DNA of 64,000 nt from Dendrobates tinctorius (lineage: Eukaryota): contig NW_027361688.1 in the NCBI RefSeq assembly GCF_039654945.1, positions 31,310,001 to 31,374,000 of the forward strand, given 5' to 3'. The translations under genes and the position numbers were made by a program. Below are positions 23,517 through 35,904 of this stretch, one piece after another (the stretch's first letter is position 1; each line of letters starts with the position of its first letter). The notes under the pieces are model-generated. The model had not been told where the DNA came from, did not search any database, and saw nothing but the letters and a program-made list of their open reading frames with translations.

Positions 23517-25907
23517 GTATCACTATCTGAGGAGGAGGACATGTGCTCGGCCTGATAGTCGGACGAGGAAGAGTCTGATGAGGAACTTGGGGAGTCTCTA
23601 CTTTTTTTTCCTTTTTCTTTAATAACATTAAGTGAGCCTTCTACCTCGGACCTTATGACTGATCTGAGGTTAGTTGCCAGGCTCTGCACCTCCTCCGCCA
23701 TAGTTCGCTGGATACAGCTGGCGCAAAGGTCCTTTTGCCAATCTCTCGCTAGGGGGCTCTGGCATATAGCACACGCTATTATTTTTCTTGCTCCTTGCTT
23801 TTTTGCCTTTTCCCTAAGGAAAAAATAACACACAAGAAGGACCCTATTAATATTGGTCTAACTTTCACGAAGATTACTCACCACCCACAAAGTAGGATAC
23901 TGGACACGGAGGCTGTGTTGGAGCATGTGGTCTGTCCTCTCTCGATCTGTGGCTCGGGCGGCTACTGCTTTTGCCGCTTGAACAGCTGCCATGTGGGTCG
24001 CCCTCCCAGGGCTGCGGAGGTACTCGGTATTGGGCCGGTGTCAGTGGGATGTGTCACAGCAGAGGTGACCCGGACCGTGGCCCTGGGCGCCCAAGTAATG
24101 GGGGAATGTAGTTAATGGAATAGTTTGTGACGCCACCTGTGGTGTTCGGCAAGGGAGGTGTTAAGCCGACGCTGCAAACAGATCCTCCAGGACAGATGGT
24201 GTAGTGCAGCAATGATGGTATAGCCCTCCACAGGCAGGGCTGTTATCCCAGGGCAGTGTAGATGTGGGGACACTTAGGTGGTGTAGTGTCCAGCGCAGGG
24301 GATGTAGCAGTGTCAGGCAGACAGACGCAGGAAGGAATGGAGGACACCAGAGCATGTAGTTCCAAAGCTTTACTCACAGTCAGTAGTGCCCGCTTCTGTG
24401 CCGTGTCCCCCCCGGGTCAGGGACTCAGTCAACCCCCATGCAAGATGGAAAGCTCCCCTCCAACAACACTCCGCCAACTTATGTGCCTTTTCTGAACGTC
24501 TCCTCTATAGCACCTTTAAGTGTGAAGATCTCCAGTACTGTGGTACACTGGAGTTCCTCCTGTCAGATGTTCAAGAACCTACTGGTACGGCAGACAGCTG
24601 TAGCCTGCTTCGGGGACTCCCTTCTCCTGAGTCCCGGCTCTCTATCCGATTGCTGTTGTGCCCCAAGTCTTCGATGGGAGTAGAGCATTTACAGCCAGCT
24701 ACTCCACCGGTGTCTGCTGCAGAACCGTAAGTGTCCATACAACCTTGGGGACCGGGCCCCGGCCTTGTGCTGAGCACCCATAGGCAGGGTTCCTCTTCTA
24801 ACCCACGTCCTCTCTAGTCCTTCGTTCTGTATTTGTCCTTCTTTCTTATGGAAGCTTAGGTTTCAGTTCTACATCTTTCTCCTTCTGTTCCTTTCCTGTG
24901 CCAGCTGGCTCAGATCCCTGAGGCAGCTGCAGCACTCCTTCTTCCAGGGATCCTCACTCCTGTCTGAGTGACTTCCTACCCGACTGACCTTCTGTCAGAC
25001 TGAACCTCACATCCTACACTTTCCCACTCTTTTATGTATCTTAACTCCACCCACCTCCCAGCACATCCAGTGATCCAAGCAGGGAACCACCAAAGGTGCT
25101 CTGCTACCCTCTGAGCATGAAGCCGCAATGTGGCTGTGCAGAACCACCCCGTTGTGTGGGGTGCGAGTGTTGGAGTGTAGAAAGGGAGTTCCCACCTTAC
25201 CTGGATGGTGGGGTACCACACCTTGGAAAGAGAGCAAGGGGCAGTACCCCTGTGGCGACTGAGCCCCAGGGGGTGCCACATATGCTTATGTGCAGAGGTC
25301 TGCGATGGGGCAGAGACGCTGAACGCTCCTGCTGTGACCCCATTGTATGACCTGGCCGCCCTGCTCCTCATCCTCCTTTAAGTAGGTGCATCCGATGAGC
25401 GCTCTCTTCCCCTCCCCCCTGCGACCGCCATTCTTACTGCAGCCGGCGCCGCACCAGGCTCCATCTTGCTGTCGCATCTGTGACATCAGTCGGCGCACGC
25501 CCAGGGGGCACCGCGCCGCTGACGTCAGACACCAGTAACCACCCTCAACTTTCCCTGTCGTCCCAGGGAGAAGGATCGGGTGTGCGAAGGGGGGACGGAG
25601 GCACAGAGGAGCGCCCCGCTGCCGAGGCCTGCCTTACCGCACAAACCCGGGGCCTGCAGGAGGATCCCCGGGGACTGCACTTCCAGGCCACCGACAGCTG
25701 GTGCTGCAGGTAAGCAGACCTGCTCTTCCTGCGCCGGGACAGCCCTGGGTCCATCTTCTTCCATGACAGGCACCAACACTGTCAGACTGGGATCCCGTTC
25801 CAGGGCAGGAACCCAACTGAAGGGGGGAGAGGTGCCACCCCTTATATTTCAGTTGGTTCCTGTCCTGGCGGATCCCTCTCTCAGGTGTGCTGTCATGGGT
25901 GAAGGGA
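23517..25907 (-). mobile_element. DIRS1-like copy 1, 5' part (5' ITR and ORF1 start), interrupted by solo LTR
   Basis: CAICQSPLARDWQKDLCASCIQRTMAEE matches copy 2 ORF1; ITR at about 25800-25907. Confidence 0.8.
23994..25280 (-). mobile_element. Solo LTR of the same LTR family
   Basis: TGGGTCGCCC...GTGCCACA; flanks CATG/TATG (empty site CCATGCTT in DIRS copy 2 at about 30558). Confidence 0.85.
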
Positions 25908-26268
25908 AAACCACCATGGTTACTTACCGGTAGCCGGTTTTTCCGGAACCCATGACAGCACCACCTGAGAGAGGGATCCGCCCCGCCAGGACAGGAACCT
26001 ACTGAGACATAAGGGGCGGCACCTCTCCCCCGCTTCAGTTGGGTTACAGAGCATTGAGAGGACTTCCCGGTTAGTTACATGTTTAATCCAACACCACAAC
26101 ACTCAAAACACCCTACTAATTGTGCACACCCATACAGTGAAAAAGGGGGGGAATGTACGGGTGCTGTCATGGGTTCCAGAAAAACCGGCTACCGGTAAGT
26201 AACCATGGTGGTTTTCCCTTCACCCATGACAGCACCACCTGAGAGATTTTTGGAGACTTCGAAACACC

Positions 26269-27699
26269 TTAGGGAGGGACCACCGCTTGCAGCACCCTTC
26301 TACCAAAGGTTAAGTCAGCAGAGGAGGATAGATTTAATCTATAGTGCTTAAAGAAGGTTGAAGGTGAGGCCCAGGTAGCGGCCTTACAAATCTGTTCGAT
26401 TGATACCTCTGCCTTTTCAGCCCAGGAGGTCGCCACGGCTCTGGTGGAATGAGCCTTGATGCCGTCAGGAATCGGGATACCACTAGCTGAATAGGCTACA
26501 CTAATGGCTTCCCTAATCCATCTAGCAATAGTCCCTTTTGAAACCCCATAGCCTTTCCTGGCACCCTGAAAAGCTACGAATAGGGACTGTGACCTCCTCC
26601 ACTGGCTAGTGGCAGATATATATTCTACGAGAGCCCTTTTAACATCCAGACTATGGAATTTTTCCTCCCCCAGATTTTTTGGATTTTCGCAAAAGGATGG
26701 AAGGACAATTTCCTGACCCCGATGGAAATCTGATACTACCTTGGGCAGATAACTGGGGTCTGTTCTTAAAACTACCCTATCCTGAAAGACTTGCGTGTAA
26801 GGAGGATTTACTGAGAGAGCCTGTAAGTCGCTTATCCTGCGGGCTGATGTGAGGGCTACTAACAGGATTGTTTTTAGGGTCAAGAACTTTAGGGGTAGCT
26901 GATGTAATGGCTCATACGGATCTTTTGTAAGGGCTTCTAACACCAGGTTTAAATCCCAGGGGGCTATTCTGGGTATTGGAATAGGCTTAGCTCTATGGCA
27001 GGATTTAATAAATCTGGCTATCCACCTATCTGATGCCAGTTTGCAATTGTAGAGCGCCCCTAGTGCCGACACCTGAACCTTAAATGTGTTTACTGCTAAC
27101 CCCATCTGCAACCCAGATTGTAAGAACTCTAGGATGGCCCTAATCGGGGGTTCTTTTCCTAACGGCTTACCCAAGAACTGTAGGAACTTATCCCATGTTC
27201 TGCCGTAGATGTTAGTAGGCACCGGTTTCCTGCTTTTTAGCAGAGTGGCCACCAGCCCAGGGGAGAACCCCCTATCCATTAAAAGCGACCTTTCAAATTC
27301 CACGCCGTCAGATGGAATCCTTTGACCTGAGCGTGCAATATTGGACCCTGAGCTAGTAGGTCCGGGATTTCTGGCAGAACCCATGGATCGAAGAGGGACA
27401 TCTTCCGTAGCAGAGCAAACCAGGGCCTTTTTGGCCAGAATGGAGCTATTAGAATCACCCTGGCTTGATCGTTTCTGATTTTTCTTACCACAGTTGGGAT
27501 CAGAGCTACTGGGGGGAACGCGTAAGCCAGTCTGAAGTTCCACTGGATGTGCAACAAGTCCACTGCCCATGGATTTTCCCTCGGGTTTAGAGAGCAGAAC
27601 CTTTCTGTTTGCCTGTTGTGCTTGTTTGCAAAGAGGTCTATCACCGGTTCCCCCCAAAGCTGAATTATCTTTTGAAAAATGGACCGGTTTAGCGCCCAT
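26269..27699 (-). CDS. DIRS tyrosine recombinase
   Basis: Open frame with ARRISDLQAL, HSLDVKRAL, HSTRAVATSW and WASPSTFFKHY; overlaps pol. Confidence 0.9.
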   Translation of the reverse strand: MGAKPVHFSKDNSALGGTGDRPLCKQAQQANRKVLLSKPEGKSMGSGLVAHPVELQTGLRVPPSSSDPNCGKKNQKRSSQGDSNSSILAKKALVCSATEDVPLRSMGSARNPGPTSSGSNIARSGQRIPSDGVEFERSLLMDRGFSPGLVATLLKSRKPVPTNIYGRTWDKFLQFLGKPLGKEPPIRAILEFLQSGLQMGLAVNTFKVQVSALGALYNCKLASDRWIARFIKSCHRAKPIPIPRIAPWDLNLVLEALTKDPYEPLHQLPLKFLTLKTILLVALTSARRISDLQALSVNPPYTQVFQDRVVLRTDPSYLPKVVSDFHRGQEIVLPSFCENPKNLGEEKFHSLDVKRALVEYISATSQWRRSQSLFVAFQGARKGYGVSKGTIARWIREAISVAYSASGIPIPDGIKAHSTRAVATSWAEKAEVSIEQICKAATWASPSTFFKHYRLNLSSSADLTFGRRVLQAVVPP

Positions 27700-29170
27700 T
27701 CTCCTTGCCTCAGGGTATTGCGACTCAGGAAATCTGCCTCTATGTTTTCTGCCCCTTTTATGTGTAGGGCTTTCACGGAGTGTAGGTGTTCCTCTGCACT
27801 GCTCAGAATGTCTGTTGCTGCTTCCATTAAGGAGTGTGATTTTGTCCCACCTTGGTGGTTGATGTATGCCACTGCTACCTTGTTGTCTGACATGATGCGT
27901 ACGTCTCGACCCTGGAGTAGCGGAATGAAGTGGCTTAGGGCCTTGCCCACAGTTCTCTCAGGTTGGAGGATGCCTTCCTTTCTTGAGGTGTCCAGGAACC
28001 CTGACCTATGATGCCCCTTAGGTGTGCCCCCCACCCCGAGGAGCTTGCATCTGTTAAAATTATATCTGTCACCTGTCTGTCCCATGGTATTCCTAAGGTC
28101 AGATTTGTCCCGTTCAACCACCAGTTGAGAGAGTCTCTGGTTTTTGAGGAAAGCTCCAGCTTCCCTTCCAAACGCCCTCTTAGCGATCTTTGTGCTCTTA
28201 GTATCTCCCCCTGGAGTTGCCGGGTGTGAAACTGAGGCCACCTGACCGCCGGAATACAGGATGTTAGGGTACCTAGTAGGGACATTGCTTTTCTTAATGT
28301 CATACATGGTTGGTTTCGGCCCGCCAAGGTCAGATTTTGTACCTTCTCTATCTTGGACTCTGGGAGCAGACACTCTTGCCTTTCTGAGTCCAGTATAAAT
28401 CCTAGGAAGGTCTGTTTCTTTAGGGGTTGTAATTTTGATTTTTTGAAATTGACTATCCACCCTAATTCTTGCAAGGTGTTGATCACCTGAGTCAACTGTG
28501 CTGTACAGTGGTCCTCTGAACTGCCCACTATAAGAAAATCGTCCAGGTATGGTATTATGACCGTATCGTGAATCCGGAGAAAGGCTGTCACTTCCGCTAT
28601 GACCTTGGTGAAGACCCTCGGGGCTATGGATATGCCAAACGGAAGAGCCCTGAACTGAAAGTGCCTTAGTGTGCCCTGAATATAAAGCGCTACCCTCAGG
28701 TATTTCTGGTAATCTGGATGGATAGGGATGTGATAATACGCATCCTTTAAATCGACTACGGCCATGAAGCAATCTTGATGTAGCAGCTTCACTGCCGTAT
28801 TCACTGATTCCATCTTGAAGGTCGGGTTCCTTATCCAAAGATTGAGGCGTCTGAGGTTTATGATTGTCCTGAACGACTGATCCGGTTTTTTTATTAGAAA
28901 AAGGGGTGAATAAAACCCCCTTTCCTTCCTGTAAGCGTGGCACCTCGGACAGTACCCGCTTGTCTATCAGGCTCAGGATTTCTGTTTCTAAGGCCAGTTC
29001 TTCGGTCATCTTCCTGATAGGTGTGATGACGACCACGGGTTTTGGCTGACGAATAAAGGGGATTTTCAGGCCTTCTTTTAGGATGCTCAGACTCCAGGTA
29101 TTGGAGGAGATCTTTTCCCAGGCCTGGAAAAAGAGTGCCAATCTCCCTCCTACTGGAATACCGGCGTCAT
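27279..29170 (-). pseudogene. DIRS reverse transcriptase/RNase H/methyltransferase-like ORF with frameshifts (about 28920 and 27945)
   Basis: VGGRL..F..W; DLKDAYYHIPI; LPFG..APRVFTK; YLDD; TDAS..GWGAH; SDNKVAVAYINHQGG; IDLFA; YAFPP. Confidence 0.9.
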
Positions 29171-30622
29171 TGTGGTGACTTTTTTGAGGTGGAGGTGCCT
29201 CCACCAAACATAAACCCTGATTCTTTCTTTTATCCTCCCATCTTCTCCTGTCAGCGGGAGGACGCCCTCTATTGAATCTCCCCCTCCGAAAGGGCTGTCT
29301 CCTCTGATCCATAGGGAAGCCTTTTTTCTTATCGCCTGCTTTCTCCAGAATATCGTCCAAGTTCTTGCCGAACAGGAATCGACCATCGCAGGGGAGAGAG
29401 CACAATTTGGCCTTGGACTGAAGGTCACCCGGACAGCCCTTAAGCCATAACGCGCGTCTAGCAGCATTTGATAGTGACGCTGCTCTGGCTGTCAATCGCA
29501 TAGAGTCCGCCGAGATATCTGACAAAAAAGCCGCTGCCCCGTGCAAGAGATACATGTCTGATAAGATCTTCTCTCTTGGGACCCTTGACGCCAGCTTCTC
29601 TTCTAACTGCTGCAGCCAGATCATGAGGGAGCGTGCCGTGCAGGTGCCCGCTATCGCCGGCTTTAGACCTCCTGCTGTCGCTTCCCATGCGTGCCTCAAA
29701 TATGAGTCCGCTTTTTTGTCCAGCGGGTCTCTAAGAACCCCTGCATCTTCCAAGGGCAGGGCCGACCTTTTGGAAGATCTGGACACCGCTGCATCTATTT
29801 TTGGGACTTTGTCCCATACCTCCGTATCCTTGTATTCAAAGGGGTATCGTCTCTTAGAGGCGGATGGAAGGGCCCCCGATTTTTCCACTCCTTCTCAATA
29901 AGCGCCTGGATTTTCACGTTTACTGGAAAGGTTCGTTTTTTCCTCTCCTGAAGCCCCCCAAACATGACGTCCTCTAGGGTTTTATCCGCCCTTTCTTCCT
30001 GTAGGCCCATTGTGGTTCTAATGGCCTTTAGGAGGGCATCTGTATCTTCTACAGGGAAACATGGCTTACCCCCTGTGTCACTATCTGAGGAGGATGATTT
30101 TTCCGCCTGAGATGATACTGACGGGGAATCTGAGGGGGAACTAGGGAAATCCTTCTTGCTTTTTTTCCCTTTTTTCAATAAGGACTTAATTGAGCCTTCC
30201 ATTTCTGACCTGAGGGCAGATATTAGATTGGCTGCGAAACTAGGCGCTTCCTCCGCCATAGTCCGCTGAATGCACGAAGCACAGAGATCTTTTTGCCAGT
30301 CTCTTGCTAGGGGAGATTTACATATAGCACAATCCCTATTCTTCTTCTTGCTTCCCGCCTTTCTGGGCCTTTCCTACAGGGTGAAGCATACAATAGAAAA
30401 CCCCTATTAATATACTGTTAACATTCACGAAGATCACTCACCACCCGTAATCAAGGGTACCGGACTTGGAGGCTGCATCGGAGCACCTGACCCGGGCTCT
30501 TTGGACCTTGAGGAGTGCCCCGACCTGCGGCTGGGGCGACTGCTGCTTGAATGGCTTCCATGCTTCCTGCCAGAGGGCTGTGAGGGAGGCAGGGACGCTG
30601 AACGTTCCTGCTCGGACTCCAT
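29150..30622 (-). pseudogene. DIRS ORF1 (gag-like, CxxC..CxxC finger, LAP2alpha-like domain), frameshifted
   Basis: CAICKSPLARDWQKDLCASC; WDKVPKIDAAVSR..LPLEDAGVLRDPLDKKAD..ARRALWL..LPCDGRFLFG; frameshift near 29885. Confidence 0.75.
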
Positions 30623-31472
30623 TTTGCACCGCCGATCTACAGCTGTCTTCCTCCTTTTAAATTGCATGCCTCCGCCTGGTGAGCGTCTTCCTCCCCTCCC
30701 CCCTGCGACCGCCGGCTCAGCGCTTCAGAAGCCGGCCGGCGTCGCACCCAGCGCCATTACACCGTCGCCTTCTGCTGACGTCAGCCGGCGCACCCAGCAT
30801 TCCAAGCGCTGCTGACGTCAGCGGCCGGAAGACGCCAGCGTCTCTCCCCTACCACGGGGATCGAGATGCGGCGAGGGGAGGGCGGCGCGGTGGGGGCTTC
30901 CCGGAGCGACCGGAATCCCATCCACGCCCGCACGAACCCGGAGCCCCGGGGACTGCGCTTCCAGTACCCGACGGCCGGCGCTACAGGTAAGCTACCTGTT
31001 CTTCCCGTGCCGGGACGGGCCTGGGTCTTATCTTTTTCTTCGCCCATGACAGGCACCGCCACAGTGGGATTCCTTCCAGGACAGGAACCCAACTGAAGCG
31101 GGGGAGAGGTGCCGCCCCTTATGTCTCAGTAGGTTCCTGTCCTGGCGGGGCGGATCCCTCTCTCAGGTGGTGCTGTCATGGGTGAAGGGAAAACCACTGG
31201 TTTAAATCCCATTCGAGCTAGATATATGGTCCCAAATCTGGATTTAGAGTACTTCATCCATTTCAGTAACTACAGTACTTAGAAATGAATCAAGTTTGCT
31301 TAATTGGTCAGTTCCTGTTATACAGAAAATCCCTCAAACATATGCGAGAAGATTACTACCCATGCACTTGAGTCTACATGCAAGAGGATAAGCTGGTAGT
31401 TTTATCCCACAGAGATGGTGACATTTTTTGGTGGAAATGGCCAAGACTAAGGTTTTAGAAAAAATGTTTTAT

Positions 31473-34400
31473 TTAAGCATTTAGTTCATGTTTCTTAATT
31501 TGCATCCTACAATGAAGCCAAACACCTAAAAACACCACAAACACTGACATAACTACTCCTCCAGCAGTAATGGCTCTGACAACATCCAACTTTGAATATT
31601 TAGAGTAATTGTGACCTGAAGAGGAGAAAAAAAAAAAAAAAAAAAAAAGTTATATTTCTTTAATCACCAGATTCTCATGATCAACCCACACATTGTACAG
31701 TTACCTTTTAGGTTTAAGGCCTCATTCTCAATTGGGAGGAACTCAACCGGTCCATCTGAAGTTACCACGTTTGCTAAAGGTTGCGGTTCAACATCTTCAG
31801 CCATACGTCCTAGAAAATAAGCCTCAGTATTATTTCTATGTATATTTAGTGTAGAAGATGACACTACAAGGTGGCAATAGCTTATGCTTAGATGAAGCAA
31901 GCTTACTATTTCTTGAGGAACATGAAGTCACACAGTTGTCCATGGCAGATGGGACACAGACAGAAGCACTACAGTGGAAGTAGATCTGGAATGGAGAGAA
32001 CAAAGCTTGATGGCTAATACATAATCAGGTTTTGTACAGAAGTGAAGGATTTTTAGTATATTTACCAATCCTTCAAGAGCAATTTGGGCCCCTTGATCCA
32101 TAAATGTAAAGGTCTTCACTACAAAACGTTTATAGTGATTTGGGTAAGGCAGTCTTTGTGTAGGACCTCCAACAGGTACACTCTGGGAAATATAGTTGTC
32201 ACCATCGAAGGGGCATCTGTAAGAAGACTTGTTAGTCAGGTGCATAAAACCCATATTGGGCATTTGATTTGTAACTGATCAGCCACCTATTCAGTAGGAT
32301 AGGCCATTGAGGAAGGATCGTGGAGTCTGCAGAGTTGGTGGCCCAGCAGTCATTTAACACTAGGACAAGATTGGGATCGGTTCTATGCAAGAGGCGGACT
32401 TCCAAGTAGACTGGATCTCTGAGTACTTTAACCACAGGGTAATGCTCGTCAATAAAGTAAGAGGAGTAGGACACATCTGCAATTAGAATAAAGTTTTTAG
32501 AAGCTAAGGTTTTGCCTTTTTTGTGCAATTTTTGAAGTCTTTCCATGAAGTCACCTTGAGCAATCCTCATCTCCATAAACAGTGGTCCAGATGTAGTAAT
32601 GGGAAATGGTGGTGGCAGAGTGGACACTCCAACTTGCAGAGGAATAAGGTCAGTTTGGAAATAACTGCATTGTACGGTCACCCTGGAAATATGACAACAT
32701 TGTTATAAATCAGGACAGAAATCAGCGATTTTAGTCTCACAAGTGTGACTCATCCTACCGCATTGTGCTGTCTCTTGTAATAGTGGATCCTTGCCAGGAG
32801 ATCGCATTTCTAACAGCTTCAATGGTGCTCTCATAGACTATTGGTCCTCCAACTACCTATATTAGACATTTAGAAGTTACATCATGCAGGGTCTAGTTTG
32901 AGGCTACAACAGTAATTTATATCTGAGACCTGTAGGAAGTGTTATAGGGTTGGCCAAATCATTTGTGAAGATTTGTAGACACATGGCTGTCTGCTCTTGA
33001 ACAGTGCTGCTGCACTTGTCCACAAGTTAAGACATTCCAGCTCAGCTATATTTCTTAAGGCACCAGACTTCTAGACTTATGTTTAATACTTCTGTACCTT
33101 CACTTACTCAAGCTAGACCAGATTTGTTTAGCTCTGTATCCTTTTAGGGATTGTCAGCACAGACTGTTGAAACCAAGTCCAGACACTTGGTGCACCCTTT
33201 GTTTGGCTAACTATTTGTGTGGACCTTCCCCTCTACCTGTCCTTACCTGATGAAATCCAACACAGGATAAAGGGAACTGGAATACTGCAAACGATGCACT
33301 CATGGACATCGACAAACGAGCACAAGACAAAGAGTCCAAACCAACCACACGGACAGAAGACAAGTTCAGTGATGGCTTTGTAAGATCTTTGGAAACAGCA
33401 ACTGTCATGAGATTGTCGCTTGTGCACTGTGTGGTCACTACAAGAAAGTTATGAAACATCATGACAACCGGAGGAAAGTTAGAAGTTTTACCATTCTCTA
33501 TTGAATGGTCTTGAAAAATTGAGTGTCATTCCTCCATGAAGTTCGACTAAAACAGATAAACTTGTGAACAGGATTTTTGTGGGCAAGATACTTACATTTC
33601 TTTCCATAATAACAAGGCACTGTAAAGTCGTTTGAGAAACAGCACCCAACTTCCTCACAAACTTCACGAGACACTGGGGCCTTCACACAAGAAAGCTTGT
33701 CTGCTTGACTCACTGCTGAACATTCACTTGGACTTGGAGCATCCATAGCTAGGATGGAAGAGAGAAGGAAGTGTAACCAGGTACCAAGGAGGTTATGTTA
33801 ACAGGGCTGTCCTTAGACTTACAGAGGAATAGGAAGCCACATCTAGTTTAGGTAGAGGAAATACCTCTTGATGGCAAGTTCTCATGGAAGATGTCTTTTA
33901 ATGTTGTATTTGCCTGTCATGGCAGTCCCAAACAAAACTTTCTATCGTATCCCCAACAGATGAGTTTGTTGGGATCACCAGCCCTCTTCCCTTAGGGTCT
34001 GTGCACACTTTGTATAGTTCTGTCAGAAAACCTGGATCTTCTAGTACCAGACATGCAGATTTAAATCTGTAGCAGTATTTGTGCTTCAGAACTCATCTAT
34101 ACTAACGAGTGGAGTAAAATCAGCAACAAAAGTGAATGTACAGAAAAAAAAAAAAAGTTTAGAGTGGTTTACCTGTTATAATAGGACATCTCTTTTCCAC
34201 CTTATATTGCTCAACTTGTCCATTTACGATCTCTTCCAAGAGTAGAGTCATCACATATTCTTTATCCTGCCAAGATGTATGGACAGCAGATTAGAGCCCT
34301 GACCAGTTAAATGGGTCTACAAAACCATGATAGCAACTTCCAAACTCCCAGAAAACTAATGGATGGAGAAGAACGACTACTTATTTTGCCTTGACCTGTT

Positions 34401-35306
34401 TTCCTGGGTGTGCACAGCATAACATGGAGATTAAAAGTTTAAGAACTTCAGATTAAATTTTTGCCATACACAACCAAAAAGTCCTAGATTTGCCCTTCAA
34501 TCTAAGATATGGGACAGGGGTCAAAGCAAAATCTGGTAGCCTATTTGTTTATAATACTGGGGTCTTTGGGATCACCTACAGCAACCATGTGAAAAAGGTA
34601 TGGAAGCACTGAAGTTAGTCATTGCAATATCTTCGTTTTTTTGGTTGTCAGGTCTCAATCTAGTTCTTACCTCCTCAGTCATGTAGCATCCATCATAAGC
34701 AGCACTAACCAGCATTGTGCCATTTAGTTTCTTGCTTATCCAGAACCCACAAGCAGAGTTATTGCCAAGGACATGAGGCTCTCCCTGAAAGTCTAAGACA
34801 ATTTAAACAATTTGTTGTCATCATGCAAGTTTTAGAGAAAGTTCACACCCTGCAACATATGTAGAGATAACAATCATGAGGTCTTCCATAGACACAGAAT
34901 GAAGACTCATGAATTAAAGTTGTGCAGCGTAGATGTGAAACCAGCTCTGGGATAAGCTATCTGGAGTCTGCACATATTCCCTGTTTCATACCCTAGTGAG
35001 CTGGTACTTCAGTCCCGAGTAAGGAAGGGGAAGGAAAAAAAAAAAAAAGTTATTTTGCATGGCAAGCAGTAGGTTTTATTGCCATCATTTTGAAGCAATT
35101 ACAGAGACCAAGTTCTGGGTCTTCGACATTTCCTTGCCCAGGCTTGGCAGCCCAGGACGACCAACATGGCAGTGAACAGGGGCCTACAGCTGCCATTGGT
35201 ATCTCACAATTGGATAGTGGCCATTTCAGAGCAGGCAGGTGCCACTGCAAAAAACGGTGACATACAGGACTTCCAACTACAGCAGGTTTTTAGAAGTCTG
35301 GGGAAG

Positions 35307-35338
<32 letters not shown>

Positions 35339-35711
35339 CGGCCACAGACAAGCCAAATCCTGCTTTCATACATCCAGTTTCCCCTCCCAAAACAAGGGTT
35401 TAAAACCCCAAATCATAGTCCCACACACTCTCACACTATTTTCCCCATAACTTTACATCCGACCTATACTTTAGATAAAATAAAGCAAAATCTAATAGGA
35501 AAGTCAAAAGTGCACTGAAGAGTTTAGACTTACCTAAAACAGTCAGTGAAAATGCAATGTCCTCAATTAATAGAGGGAAGGACAGCTCCATGCTTTTAAC
35601 ACCACAATGGAGATGTGAAGAAGCCTCCCATAAATTCTTTGCATCACTCCACAAAGCAAACCATGTCCAGAACACCAGCCCAAAACCCAACCCTGCCATC
35701 CTACACCCCAT
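31473..35711 (-). CDS. zp4: Zona pellucida glycoprotein 4-like (ZPB), paralog A, 12 exons
   Basis: Exons 35711-35534, 34792-34671, 34266-34173, 33748-33596 (trefoil), 33437-33247, 32856-32759, 32682-32555, 32476-32287, 32216-32066, 31985-31907, 31809-31705, 31615-31473. Signal peptide; [38 protein letters not shown]; furin site RNRR; TM segment. Confidence 0.9.
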
Positions 35712-35755
35712 CTTCTCTGTGACACTGAATAGTAACCTACACCCAAGACCAAGCA

Positions 35756-35815
35756 TTTATATCATGGAGCGGGAGCAGGAACATGTGATTGGTCAGCTAC
35801 TAATGTGGACACCTG
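35756..35815 (-). promoter_or_regulatory. Core promoter of paralog A (E-box, CCAAT, TATA)
   Basis: TATAAA 35761-35756, CCAAT 35792-35788, CAGGTG 35815-35810. Confidence 0.7.
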
Positions 35816-35904
35816 TGCCCAGCAGGTCCCATGGGTAAGTGTAGGCTATGCAAATCTCATATGTGTCCAATGATGGTGGTGGGAAGGATATCAGGATGCT
35901 GTTT

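Larger units (their letters stand above)
25908..31193 (-). mobile_element. DIRS1-like retrotransposon copy 2, full length, young
   Basis: About 97-bp ITRs (25948-26044 and 31086-31183) appear identical; ICR about 26160-26245; ORF1, RT/RH/MT and YR in canonical overlapping order. Confidence 0.95.

Noticed and set aside
26269-27699. Phage integrase or bacterial contamination
   Set aside because: YR overlaps RT/RNase H inside an ITR/ICR architecture, which is canonical DIRS1.
32232-32681. 149-aa ORF as a separate gene
   Set aside because: Read-through of ZP paralog A exons 7-8 across a 78-nt stop-free intron.
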